From the NCBI GenBank assembly GCA_013239625.1, contig MU053376.1, positions 148,833-212,832 of the forward strand: a stretch of DNA of 64,000 nucleotides, given 5' to 3'. The DNA is from Lama guanicoe. Lineage: Eukaryota. Under the pieces are notes generated by a model, which searched no databases, was not told the DNA's origin, and saw only the letters and a list, made by a program, of their open reading frames with translations. Shown here piece by piece: positions 48,534 through 60,960 of this stretch (positions are counted from its first letter, which is position 1; each line of letters starts with the position of its first letter). The translations under genes were made by a program, and so were the position numbers.

Positions 48534-49123
48534 AGTATCTTCAAGTTCACAGAGGAGACTCTGGCTTTAAGTAATTCACCCAAATGAAACTCACAGAGCC
48601 ACCACTCTCACCACTTCTCCCACATCTGGGGACTCCCTGCCCTCTCCCCTGAAGGGGAAAGATATTTAAAAGGAGTGAAGACGTGGTGATTGGGGAGGGG
48701 AGCTGAGTTGAATTTCTGCTAAGAAAGGACCCAAGAGACCCTCAGAGTTTGTGGGGGAAAGATGTGTGAACAGGCAGAGTCCTTTCGGGTCCGCCTTTGC
48801 AGTATCCCAGATCAAAGAGCCCTGTATGGGAAAGGGACCAGCTTGAGTGGTAAACTTACCAGTACCCCCAGGCACCAGCCTCTGGCTACCTGGGGGCCCT
48901 GAGCAGCCCCCCACCCCCTGAAGGGCAGGGAGCCACACCCGGCCCTGCCTCCGCTGCCTGGAGGGTGCCAACACAGCAGCTCCCAGCCAACTGGCTCCAG
49001 AGGTCGCCTTGCCGGTTCCCCAGAGAAAGGTCCCGGCTGGGCGGGGCTGCATCTCCACCCACCCTCGCCTGGATACCCCGTTCGAGCCCAGCCCCCTCCT
49101 CAGCACCGGTCCCTCACACTCAC

Positions 49124-49148
49124 TCTGCCATTCTGTGATGGAGATCAT
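49124..49148 (-). CDS. GOLT1A: GOLT1A exon 1 coding part (25 bp)
   Basis: ATG at 49148; MISITEWQ then A|gtgagt; five exons total 399 nt = 132 aa. Confidence 0.95.
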
Positions 49149-49993
49149 GCTTCGGGCTGCCTGGGGGACCTTCCGGGTGGAAGCTGGCAGGGGGTGAGGA
49201 GCAAAGAGGACCGAACTTGTACATGCTCGAGGGAAGCTGACCCTTGGTAAGTTGTGAAACGAGCCTCTGGCAAATCATTAACTCCCCTACACACTCATAC
49301 ACACACATTCTCCCAGGGCTGCTTAAAGTCACAGGTTCTCTTCTCCGGGTTCTTCCCAGAGGGCACTGCTCTCGCCCACGTCCCCCGCCCGCCGGGAGAA
49401 GGCCACGCCCATCCGAATCGTCTATTGCTCCGCCACCCCCATTCCCTGACGCCCTGAGGCAGAGTTCGGCTGTTTCCATCTCTTTCGCAAAACTTGGACT
49501 GCTTATGGGAAAACAGGGATCTGTGGGATACCTGGGTTCCTCACGTGGCTTGGTGAAAGGTGTGAAAAAAGTTGGGACCTGTTTCTCTTTGGAACAGTAC
49601 TTAAATGCATCTTGTAAGTGAAGTTTGCCAGTTCTGTGCTAGTACCCATGCTAGCCGCTAGGGGGCAACAAGTAACTGTGTGAAACCTGTTGCTGACAGC
49701 TTTCCGCGAGAGCCGGATTCTGTTGAATCTAGGGCAAAAACGTCCCAAGGGAGTTAGACACGAAGGGCTTCGACCTCCTTTCTCCCAGCGGTGCCCCGCT
49801 TTGGGCTGTGAAGTTGAGCTCTGGAAAACGATAGGTGAATTTAGGCTTAGGGTTGGGTTGGGACAATGATTCAGGAAGCCTGGCTCTGGTCTACCCGCCA
49901 GCAGTGTAGACGTGGCTGCATCTTTTCCTCCCTCTGTGGGCCTGAAAAAAGAGGGGCTGGACAGTGCCTAACATCCTTCCTCTCCTTGTAGAG

Positions 49994-51471
49994 CAGTGAT
50001 TCCCAACCCCATGAGAGCCAGCACCTGCTTTGTAATGTCCCCTCTGTCCTTCAGTGCAACTCATATACATACATCATTTTTTAAAACCTCAAAGTTAATC
50101 ATAATAAAGAAGCAAAAATATAATAAAACACAGTGTCTCTCAATATACAAATGTTCAGGCAAGACTTACCAGAAGACATAAATAAAGTAGGCAGATTTCT
50201 TGCATCTACCTGTAATAAGTTTGAATTTAACATAAATAGATGAGTAGGCCATTATACACACCCACACATACACACCCCCAAAATCCAAATAACCCATCTC
50301 TCTATACATGAAAATGAAAGAGCAGTAGGGCGCTCCCTCACACTAGGATGAAAACTAATGTTAGGCGAGTCATAACAGACCAGCTGTACCTGCCTATAAA
50401 ACCAGAAAGAGGGACATAAGCTCCATTGAAGTACAGACTACACAGCAAAGCTGGTTGGCGATGGCAAGGTGGAGGCAAGGAAGAAACACGATGTGAATGC
50501 AAACGCACTGGGCTTGCTGTGTGTTATTGAAGCAGCTCCCCGTGTCACTGCACAGAACGGGGTAGTGGTAACTCATCACAGACACACAGATCTGTGTTTT
50601 GAAACAGCATCCTGGGTTGAGGTAAAATTCAGTCTGTGGGATCTTAAAAGGCTTTGGAGATCATACATTTCCAATAAGCAAAGGGTAATGGAGGCTGGAC
50701 TGGAGAGAGAAGTGGTTATATAAAGCTGTTTAGAGCAATTGAATGTGGAGCCCGGGGACTGTCAGAGAAAAGTAGAAAAACAACAAGTAAATCCCCCAAA
50801 CATTTCCACGTATAATTGTTACAACACAGGTGTTCATCCTTGGGCTGTAAAAACTTAAAAAAAAAAACCATAAAGGAGGAAATAATATGAAAGAATTTCT
50901 GAAGAATTTTCTTAAGGAGATCCAAGAAGACCCCTTGCATTTTAAATATCTTTGCTTTAATGATGTCTGCCTCACTCAGATCTCCTCTGTCAACTCTTTG
51001 CAGTCGGTCTTTTTGCTTATTCAGCGAGACTGTGCTGCCCTGGGACCAAATATACAGTAGTTGAAATGTTGCAATACATTGTGTAGACAATGCATGGAGT
51101 GGGTTATTACACAATTTTGAGACATTGTCTTTATTCCATTTAAGTGCTTTCTCCATAATAACCACCTCCTAACTTGCCGTTATTCATAAAACCTATTTTT
51201 TAAAAATTTAGACGCTTATAAAAATTTTCTAGGACTATTATGAATTGCAGTATGAATGACTTATACTGGTAATCGGTTTAGTCCAGTTGTATATTTTAAA
51301 GTCATGCAGGACAAAGGACAATGATTTATTTTGGAAACCTGCCCTGTGCCTTGCAGCCACTAAATGCCAGTATAAGAGTTTTGCCCCCTTAGCATTGAGA
51401 CAACTTAAGCTCCCCTGAAATTTTCCAAATTTACCCTTAGGGGGCAGTATCATCCCCATTGAAACCTTCTG
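49994..51471. mobile_element. Ancient hAT-Charlie DNA transposon relic, about 1.5 kb (possibly composite)
   Basis: Left end cagtgattcccaaccc; right end gggggcagtatcatccccattgaaaccttctg; AT-rich interior with a degenerate WISLRK segment reminiscent of hAT transposase C-terminus. Confidence 0.55.
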
Positions 51472-51479
51472 TAGATTAA

Positions 51480-51680
51480 GAACTCAGACTCTGAAGTCAG
51501 AGTGCCCAGGACTTTATCCTAGCTCCATGAAATCTTAAATATTTTGTTTACCCTTTCTGTGCCTCAATTTCTTGGATAATAATAGTACCTCTTATATAGA
51601 AATATAATGAGAATTAGTGAGTCAATACATGTGAAATGCATAGAACCAGGTACCTGGCACAGTAAATACTTAGTGAACCA
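51480..51680 (+). mobile_element. MIR SINE (other MIR fragments at about 3345-3460, 15450-15590, 16370-16550, 36600-36740, 45800-46000, 52290-52430)
   Basis: MIR core: tctgtgcctcaatttc...ataatagtacct...cctggcacagtaa. Confidence 0.65.
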
Positions 51681-53787
51681 ATGTTTTCACTATTCCAGTG
51701 GAGTTATGATAACTTCTATTTATACTATTAATACTATTAATAGTTATTAATATTACTGGCATAATCTACTGTTAAATGCTGTTATGTGAAAGGCTTCTGG
51801 TCTCATCTTAATTGCGGTTTTAGACTGCGCCCGCGGGTGTATACAATGGCTGCTGGGAATGCCTGTTCCCCCATCCCCCCCTCCTGGTCCCAGCCCCGGG
51901 GCCCACCTGTGAGCTCAGAACTGAACTCTCCTGAAACTGGGCCCTCTCGGCCAGATTCCCAGGTGACAGCAGCGGGTACCAGAGTTTGGCCCTGAGGGGC
52001 TTGTCTCTAGCCCGTTGTCCTGGAGAGGGGCCCCGGCAGGGAGCCTGTCCTGGCCACCATGAGGGGTGCTGAGACAGTGCAGCTACTCCTGGGCTGGAGG
52101 AATGGACGCGAGTGGGGGAAGGACACTTCAGAGGGCTGAATGGCAGGGGCCCTGGGGATGTCCTCCAGTAAAGCCTGTGGGGCCAGCAAAGGGGGACCTT
52201 GGCAAACAGTCTCCCTCTCCCCTCATCACGCCCCTAAAGGCAGCCATGGGGCCTACACAGTGTCATCACCACCTCTTCACATCTGTAAGTGAATTTGAGT
52301 TTTCAAAGTGTTTCTCATCCATTTTTCCACTTGACTTTCTTGAGAGCTCCATAAGATGGTAGATATTACCCCCATTTCACAGATGAGGAAACTGAGACTC
52401 AAGAGTTTTAGTGTCTTGTCCAAATCTTCACTCAGCTAGCGATGAGCGGGGCCGGGGGTTGAGCACAACACACTGCCTTCTCTCCCATCAGCCTCGGCAA
52501 CACAGTGAGCCAGTTCCACACTGGAGGCCTGGGGTAGAGGGGGCGGCGTGGCCCCAGGTTCCTGGCAGCAGCAGGGTCTGAAGCCTGGCTGCCTGCCTGA
52601 CCCCTCAAAGGGCATTCTGCTGCTTGCTTTTTCACTTACCGCTCCTGACTACCGCCGGCTTCTGCAAGCCCAGCCGGGCTTGATCAAAGAGCTGATCTGG
52701 GCCTGAGGGTGGGGCAGGCCGGCACCTGCAGTATCATCCTTTGGAGAGCAGCCTGCCTTTGTTCATGGGCACAGCGACACCCAGCGGTGCCCTGTGTCCT
52801 CACATTCCACCTCCTCTCCAAGCCTCTGGCTATACACATATACTTATGTTGTGTGTATGTGTGTGTGTGTGTAATAATGTACACTCTGCTAGCCCTTTAG
52901 GGGTGAGAACAGGTGTCCAGCATTCAAAATCAGCCATTAGAACCAGACTGAGGCTAATCAGGAATTATAAGAACTTGCCTTTCTCTCTCCTCTTTCTCAA
53001 TTTTCTTCTCTTCCTTGAGCCCTTATTGCCTCTGTCTCTCCGCAGACATCCTGCAGAAGCCCAGTGAAGCCTGCCGCTGTCCTGGGCTCTCCTTCCTCTC
53101 CCTACTCCCTGCCCCATAGAATTCATGAGGCTTCCTGACTCTGACTCCTCACAGACAGATGTCAAATTGAGCAGCTCCGGTAAAGGCCTTCACACTGAGT
53201 GTCAGTAAGGGATAACCACTGAGTACCTGCCAAGAGAAACGAGCCACGAGCACTGAGGCTGGATGGAAAGAATTCTGGCGGCCTTCCTGATCCAGCCCCT
53301 GCCCCCACCCCGGCCCGGGTCATACACTTTCCTAAACCCTAAAGCAGAAATACAGGGCAGTGTGTATCAACAAGAAAGGCCGAGACTTCATTTTCTTCTT
53401 CTATGCTCTTCCCCTCAGTCTCAGAGATGATTCAGTGGACGATTCCAGGGCCTGAAGCATCTGATACTTCCATTGTACAGGACCTTGGGACAAGCTTTAA
53501 TCTAGGGTCACCTGGACCAAAATGATGAGTGTGGTGCTGGCAACAAACCGTCATTCTGAGAACCCTGGGATTCCTTCCGGGAAGGGAGGCCACGATGTGC
53601 AGCCCAAGGCATGGAGGGAGCAAGTGGTGCATATGCTTTGAACCCAGTGCTCTTAGTCAGGGAAGGCCTGGCCCCAGACCGCCCCCCTCCCCTTTTCCAC
53701 CAAGCCCATAAATTGCCATGGACCCTGAGGCCAGCCACAGGCAGACACGGACACAGAGTGCCGGAGACACACCACTTGTACAAACCA

Positions 53788-53793
53788 TTTATT
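53788..53793 (-). terminator. PLEKHA6: PLEKHA6 polyA signal AATAAA
   Basis: TTTATT on plus strand, followed on the minus strand by GT-rich sequence (gtggtgtgtct...tgtgtccgtgt). Confidence 0.75.
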
Positions 53794-56700
53794 TCCTGTA
53801 TTGGGTTTTTACAAACTGGCAAGATAAGAACGCAGAGCTCACTGGGTGCTTCAGTGCCTGCATCTAAAAAGAATGCTGCTGGGAGGGAAGCAAGCTCTCA
53901 CCTGTCAGTCCAGTCGTCCCCTCCCTGCGGGGGGGCTCGTCGGCTAGAAGGATGCTAAGGGGCTGCTACGCTGTTTGGTCCCCTGACAGAGATGCCTTCT
54001 GTTTATCTAAACTTAACTCTTCTTCTAAGGTCACTTTTATACTGAATAAAGACACTGAGATCATAAAGTTCCTTGGATGGTTTATTGTCTAATACTAGCA
54101 AATCAAATTGGCCCCATATGTGCATAAATAGATACATGTATATATATGTATATTTCATATTTTCCTTAGTTTTAAGAGCTGCCAGGTTGGGCGGTGCGTA
54201 AAGGGGACAGGAATTCATTCTGTCTTGCTATAGTCAGCCCTGCTTCAACTACATGCCTCTCTCCAAGGCAGGAGAGCACGTGTGTACAGCTTGCGACCTC
54301 AGAAAAATCTTTTAAAGTGACAGTATTCGTGTTTGATGACAGATGAATGATCAGGGAGGTAATGGGCTAATTGGGAAGGCCCTAGATTAATAATCAGGGC
54401 CATCCCCAGGTGGGTTACTCAGCCCTGGGCTTCCATCTAGCCTCCCTTCATTCATAGCAAGATGGTCTAGGCTGGGAATAGGGTGCCGGTGTCAAAGCTG
54501 GGAAGCCAGGCTTCAAATGCTGCCCTGGAGCTCTGTGCTAGATTCCAAAACCCTTGATTCCAGATCCGGACAAAAGACTTGCATTCTGCCCAAATCCCTG
54601 CAAGGCAAGAGCCCCCTGCCCACCTCGACAGTCGACACGCAGTTTGGAAGGCTGAGCTGGCTTTGTTCAGGGGCCCAGTAGCAGAGAAGTCCTTGGCAAG
54701 GCTGAGATGCACCTTGTCCGTGGGACCCTCTGGGCTGACCTCACAGTCTGGATGCCAGACTGGGGTATCATCCCCTTAACAATGGCCCCCCAGAAGAAAG
54801 GTCACAGGGGTCACAGAGATGCCATAGATGTGACCCAGACCAGAGAGGGATCAAGTGTAAAGGAGTGTGAGGAGTCCAAGGAACTTGAATGAGTCTGCAC
54901 CGGAAGACCAGTGATCCCAAACCATTTCCTTTGGCCATTGCAATGTATCCTGGGTCCATCAAATAATGGGCTGACATTCTCAGTGCTGTCTGGCATAGGC
55001 TGCCATTTAACTGTCTACCCCTTCAGGCAGAGTGATGAAGGAGGGGGTCCAGGAGCACATCTTGGGGGGCTGTGTGCCTGCCAGGGTGCACTTTTTTGCA
55101 CACATCTGTAAACATTTTCTTCCAGAGGGTTCACATCCAATAACCCTAGAGGGTCACCAAGAGTTGACAGTGTAATCAAATCCTTAGACCAGGACTTGCA
55201 AGAGAATGTCCTGCCCTGGTGAGCCACTCTCCGGGTGAGCTCTGGGGACCAGCCCTTTGCAGACTGGGGGAGGGGAGGAAGGAACGGCTGGGCAGGAGGC
55301 AAGGGTGGAGGGTTGGACCTAGAGGCAGCCACCCCAGTCTTTTTCTATCACTTGCCAATACCATTCGGACATTGCACGTTCTGAAAATAGATTTGCTTTT
55401 ATAACAAAAGCGTAAAATAGATCTGTCTTAAAATAAGTCTTTCCTCTCCCCTTCTTTGGATCAAAAGGCATGGGGTATGACCACAATATGCGAGGAATGG
55501 TGTGGTAAGTAAAGGAGAGAAAAGGGGGCGGGGCTGGGCAGGAGTTCAGGGAAAGGATCTGACCTCCAAACAAATATATATATATATATTACATATACAT
55601 CTGTAATATGTATAATCTTCACAAAACATATATTAAGGCATGTAAAGCAACATAAAGAGCCAGCTTTATGAAACAAGAGGTGAGAGAGAGGTGGCAGAGG
55701 AGTGGACATTAATCCTTGGTATTTCAAAAAATAATCACTTAAAAAAAAAAAAAGAGACAGACCAAAAAGGGGAAGGCATGGGAAGCCCCGAAACATCTGT
55801 TTCTTATGGATGGAGAAGATGTGAGAGATGGAGAAGGGAGAGAGGGTTACCTGGGAGCCAACCCCATCTTCCGGTCTATGGGGGAGAAAGGGCAAGTTTG
55901 GGGGGCTAGAACTGTGCTAAAGATGGGAGATGCAGCCAAGGGTCATGTTCAAAAAACCTGCCAGAAATGAAGGTAAGTGGAATCCCCTCCATCTGGAATC
56001 CCTCAGAAGCATGAGACTATCCTCAGCACCTAGAACAGCGCCTGGTACATAAAAGGTGCTCAATAAGTACTTGTTGAATGACGTGTCATCTTTACTTGCA
56101 TATGAACCAGTAACTGTCCCAGTCATGGAGGAGTGGAGAGGAACTGGTGGAAGATAAAGTAGTCGTTCTTGGGGCCGCTGGAGGTTGAGCTGAAGTCTCT
56201 GGGCAGCAACTCTGGCAAAGAGAAGGCCTAGGGGCCGAGGCTGTTCGGCTTCATTCTCATCCATCCTCTCTGGCTACATTCCTCTCGAGGTGGGCGGGGC
56301 CGAGAAGAACGGGCTTTGCTTTTGTCTCTCCACCACTGGCCCTCTGGTGGGCGTGGGCTGTGAGAGCGCCACGCTAGAAGGGACACCTGCCTTACAGCCT
56401 CAGTTTGTCCTCATCTGGGATTCCTGGGATGCAGGGGAGGGCCCCAGAACCCGGCCACGTTCCCTTTCCCTGGGACCCACTCCCAGCTGGCCCACAGCAC
56501 ATTCCAGCGGGAAGGAGACAAGATAATGTCACAGAAATGGTTAGGAAAGGCCCCAAGGCTGACCACATCCTCCTTAAGACAGGTCCTTCGCTCTGCTCCT
56601 GACCCTGGGATGGGGAGGCCGGCATCAGGCCCAGACCTAGAAAGAGCCGACTCCCAGGCTGCTGCCCCCAGCCCCTCAGCTCACACCGCCATCCCCGCGG

Positions 56701-56843
56701 CACTGTGGGGTCCTCCTGCTGGCAGCCCTGCCGATCCTGGGGACGAGGTGGGAGGAGCAAAGCTGACAGCCTGGCACTGTACTCGGTACCAGCCTAAGGC
56801 TCCATCCTGGGAAAACCAATCCCATGCCCCTTCTCATCTCCAT

Positions 56844-56878
56844 CCTCCTCCTCCTCCTCCTCCTCCTCCTCCTCCTCA
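56844..56878. repeat. (CCT)n trinucleotide repeat in the PLEKHA6 3' UTR
   Basis: About 11 CCT units. Confidence 0.95.
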
Positions 56879-57543
56879 TGCATGCTTCCTGCTGCCTCCC
56901 TTTCCTCCCACTTTCCTGAGATCTCGCCCTCTCGCTCTGCTCCCTCTTCTCAACCTGCCCTCAGACACTGCACAGACCTGCCGCTCTCTCTCCACAGCCA
57001 GCACTGTCCTCTGGGAGCCCAGGAGCCTCTCCCCATCTCTCGTCATCTTGTCTTTGGCTCAGGCAAGGTGGTCAGTCTCCACTGGACCCCAAAGGAGCAC
57101 CCGTCAGCAGAGATGCGCCAAGACCCTGGGGACAGCTGGGGCAGCAGGGCGGGTTGACGGGGGCGGGGATGATGGCAGGTGCTGTCCTCGGCGTCGGGAG
57201 GAGTCCTAACCTAAGACAGCCCAGGGTCCGTTCCCTATCAGAGCATCTCCTCCATCAGGGAATGTTCCAGCCGGGCCATCACAACCCCAGCCAGAGGCAG
57301 GCCTGGGCTCCCTGTGCCGTGGGCATCAGACAGGATGGCGCTGTTCACCCCGCCATCTCGCGCCCTGGCCGAGGACCACCATCTGAGTAGCGAGGGCTTC
57401 GGGCCGGGCACCGTGGGTGTGTGGACACTGAGGTGCCCATGCTCCTAGCCTGGCTCCCTGCGGCACTCTCATGGGAGCGCAGAGGCAGGGAGGCCGGGGG
57501 GCCAGGGTGCGGAGCCAGGACCTCAGGTGGGCAGAGGTGGGCT

Positions 57544-57596
57544 TCAGAACGTGGCTCTGTGGAGCTTCATGGCGTTGGCCTCAGCCAGGGCTTGCA
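57544..57596 (-). CDS. PLEKHA6: PLEKHA6 alternative C-terminus VQALAEANAMKLHRATF* when exon 58283-58406 is skipped
   Basis: Phase-1 join from 62813 stays open for 17 codons to TGA at 57544-57546. Confidence 0.6.
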
Positions 57597-58290
57597 CTGG
57601 AGAAGAAAGATACTGGTGAGAGGCGCTGCACAGGGTTGGGGAGAGGCTCCGGCCCATCCTCCCCGAGAGAAGCCTCGTCCTGCCAACACCTTGTGGAAAC
57701 GGCCCACCCCCTTGACCCTGAGAGAGGGGCGCAAACAAATAGGAGTCAATTCTTGGTCACTTGCCTGAGGGCGAGAGGCTGCTTGCTAAGGGTGAAGGGA
57801 CACAGCCTCGGCCTAGAGCTGTCCAACGCTATTTTAACTTATGCTAAAAGCTGGGCGTGATCTGGGAAAAATCAGATCTGGGAGAAGCTGTTTCTGGGGG
57901 CTTCTGAGGCAGGACTGCTGTGTGTCTCAACAGACAGAAGGCTTGTTGGCCGACAGGAGGTACAGGGGCGGGGTGTTGGGAGACCCTCTGGCAGCAGGCA
58001 GGAGAGGCCTCAGCTCTGCTCCCTGTCTGCTTCTGGAGAAGTGAAGCCCACGGGCATTGCAGCATCCAAGAAGCGGCCCTGCCAGCGGGCTCTAGCCCAG
58101 CACTGCATGGGGATGCTGGCGGGCTCAAGCAGACGGGTGGAAGGGGAAGAGCAGCAAGGGGCGCTGGGGGAGAAGCAATGCCGGACAGAATGAGAGGGTG
58201 CACGCGGCTCGACGGGGTGAGGGAAGGGGCCCGTTCCCTGGGGTTCCCTGGGGTGGATGAAGTACAGTAGAAGAGTGCTTACGTCAGAGC

Positions 58291-58406
58291 TCAGACCCGC
58301 ATGGCATGGCTGCTGTCGGCGCCCCGTGGGGATTCAGACGATAGGGGGTTGGCTGGTGGAGCCGGGGAGGCAGGGGAGGTGGGAGGGCTTGGGGTGGCAC
58401 ATTGCA
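58291..58406 (-). CDS. PLEKHA6: PLEKHA6 canonical last coding exon (exon continues to donor at 58283)
   Basis: cag|TG; VQCATPSPPTSPASPAPPANPLSSESPRGADSSHAMRV*, then 8 nt and gtaag donor. Confidence 0.93.
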
Positions 58407-59931
58407 CTGGAAACAGAAATGAACAGGGAAGTGAATAGGGGCGGTGGGGGCGGGAGGAGGGAGGAGGCTGGGCGCCCAGAGCAAGCGAGGCCCTCCTCCG
58501 AGTGCGAGAGTGCGGGGAGCCAGGCGGGAGGCAAGCAGAGAGGAGAGCCGAGCTTGGGAACTTGCTCAAGCTGAAGCTGGTTTCGGGGGCGCCATGGAGG
58601 AGACCATGGGCCCCAGGGGAGACCTGGCCGAATCCAGGCTCTGCTGAGAACCAGTGTGACTGTGGGCGAGGCCGGGCCCCTCTGAGCCTAAGGCTCCCCT
58701 TCCATCCATGCTACGGGGAGGGGCACATCCCTCTCCGCTACTGGGAGAGGGTGAGGGATGGCACTTCAGACAGTGATACTGCCAATGGTAATGATGAACA
58801 GTGCAGTAAAATCACACTCATCCAAGTCATTGGGCCCCCCTTCAGTGACTCATTCCAAGTGAAGTGATCGCCGTGTTGATCAATTCCATGGCAAAGGAGG
58901 CTTCTGACAGGCTTCCAGCCAGTCTGTTAACTTAGGCTGGAGGGTTCAGAAACAGTTCCCCACTGTCACTTGAGACCTCTTTTCATCAATCCAGGAAAGG
59001 CAAACTTCAGTCTGCCCCGAAACATCGTTATAAGCCTTAAAGTGGTGACATTTGAATGAATGAGATTTTACTCTATCATCATCATTATTCCATGTTGAGA
59101 ACAGCAAAGTGAAGGGCGATGAAAGGGGGAGGGGTGTCGCCAGGGGCAGCTCTGCACAGTTCTCTGGACGCTCGTGCGCCCGTGGTGCAGCTGAGAGAGA
59201 AGGTCCTCACGCGGGCTCAGAGCAGAACCAGGCCTCAGCCAGCGTCACACTGCGTTTCCTCCAAGACAGGGGTCCTGGCATTGACCTTCCCAGTCCCTTG
59301 CTTCCCACCTTACCCTGGACCTCATCCTCATCACCTTCCCTGGCCTCTGCGCAAGAGAAAGGGCAGATGCATCTCCTGTTGCACGTCTATGCACATCCGC
59401 AGATGTACATAAGACACGCAGTGCTCTCCCCGACAGGACACGGCCCATGGTCTGTGCGCGGGACCTGGCAACACCACACCTTTACGCTGCACATGACTCG
59501 GATCCGTGTGCATACGGGCACTTCTGAACCTGTGCCCTGGCACACGACTCAGCGCATTTGTCACTACCCATACAAGCACATCCACAAATGCTTTCAGAAC
59601 ACACATTCATGTGCCTGTCCGTCTGACAGACTCAATGGTTAATTGTCTGGCAATTTCAGCTTCTAAAACAGCCCCCAAATCAAAACCTAAGGAAGGAATA
59701 GCTCAAGGAAGCTAAGTAGGTGTTACAACGTAGATGAGTAATTCCAATTACTCTTCCAGTTCATTCATAGAAGAGCTCCATGGAGTCCAGTTACTCTTAT
59801 TTATACACAATTCTAATAGGTGCCGACTTGTCGGGTTTCTAGCCCAGAAGAGCTGAGAAACAGGAAAATGAGGAGAGAGAGAGAGGAATTGAGAGACCCA
59901 CTGACATTTGAAAGAGGCACAAATGAAGAGA

Positions 59932-60067
59932 GGGGGAGGGTATAGCTCAAGTGGTAGAGCGCATGCTTAGCATGCACGAGGTCTTGGGTTCAATTCCCAG
60001 TACCTCCTCTAACCATAAATAAATAAACCTAATTACCTCCCCCCACCCAAAATATATATATAAAAAA
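59932..60067 (+). mobile_element. Vic-1-like SINE, well preserved, with TSD
   Basis: gggggagggtatagctcaagtggtagagcgcatgcttagcatgcacgaggtcttgggttcaattcccagtacctcc; TSD gaaagaggcacaa(a/c)tgaa. Confidence 0.9.
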
Positions 60068-60299
60068 GAAAGAGGCACAACTGAAAAGAGAAAATCTTTT
60101 GTGAAGAGTAGACACAATAATTTTAAAAGTTTGAGAGAATTTAGAAGGGCCACAAACAGACCAGGTGCCAATTACAGCCGCCAAGGGCGTCCCTTCCACA
60201 GAGGTCAGCAAAATAAGGAAGTTTATTACGATACTACGTGAGTGAGAGCCAGAAAAATTATGCTAAATACAGCTTCTTCAAGAAGGTAGAAAAATACTA

Positions 60300-60960
60300 A
60301 ATCCACACGAGGAACATATCCATCAAAATATGCACTCACATATGCAGCAGACAGGTATGGACAGGTGCGGTATCACAGCTGTTTGTTCACAAGCATCACC
60401 GCATCTGCATGCGTACGTAGTCGGTCACACACACATTCATGAGGCTGAGCTCTCCCCATCCTGCACACGTGGGTGTATGTTCACAAACGTGCAATACGTA
60501 CATTGCACACAACACACACACAAATATGTCAAATCATTCCCCATACTACAAAGAAACCCGATCACACGTAAGTCCGTGCATTCGTAAGCACTGCCTCCAC
60601 CCACACACACACAGATCTACACCCCAGCAGCTCCCCAGACACCACCTGCACTCACGAATGGGTCTCCGCACAACACACATAGACATTTTGCACACTCTTA
60701 TGTTTATACATACTTGCTCCCAAATTTGTACTCAGACATTCCCTCCACTCACACACCACACACATGAACACACACACACACACACACACACACGTACCTA
60801 CGTACAGTATCACTGCACATGACGTCACACCACACAAACTTAAAGCGGCCTCATTTCCCACATACCGCACACACCAGGTATACAACCCACACCCCCACAC
60901 CCGGGCACCACAGGGTGTCTGTGCCCGCTGCACCCGCACACGCGCACACACACACACAGG
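60300..60960. repeat. CA-rich low-complexity region including a (CA)n tract at about 60768-60793
   Basis: Dispersed cacac/acaca units. Confidence 0.75.

Larger units (their letters stand above)
53770..57596 (-). other. PLEKHA6: PLEKHA6 terminal exon, mostly 3' UTR (about 3.8 kb)
   Basis: Acceptor tctttcttctccag|TGCAAGCCCTGG at 57596; AATAAA at 53788-53793 (another at 54081-54086). Confidence 0.8.

Noticed and set aside
53506..53518. Near-ERE GGTCAcctGGACC
   Set aside because: One mismatch, about 20 kb from the KISS1 promoter; expected by chance in 64 kb.
59932..60005. tRNA-like sequence with A and B boxes (also at eight other sites)
   Set aside because: SINE heads followed by a shared tail, A-rich end and TSDs; not tRNA genes.
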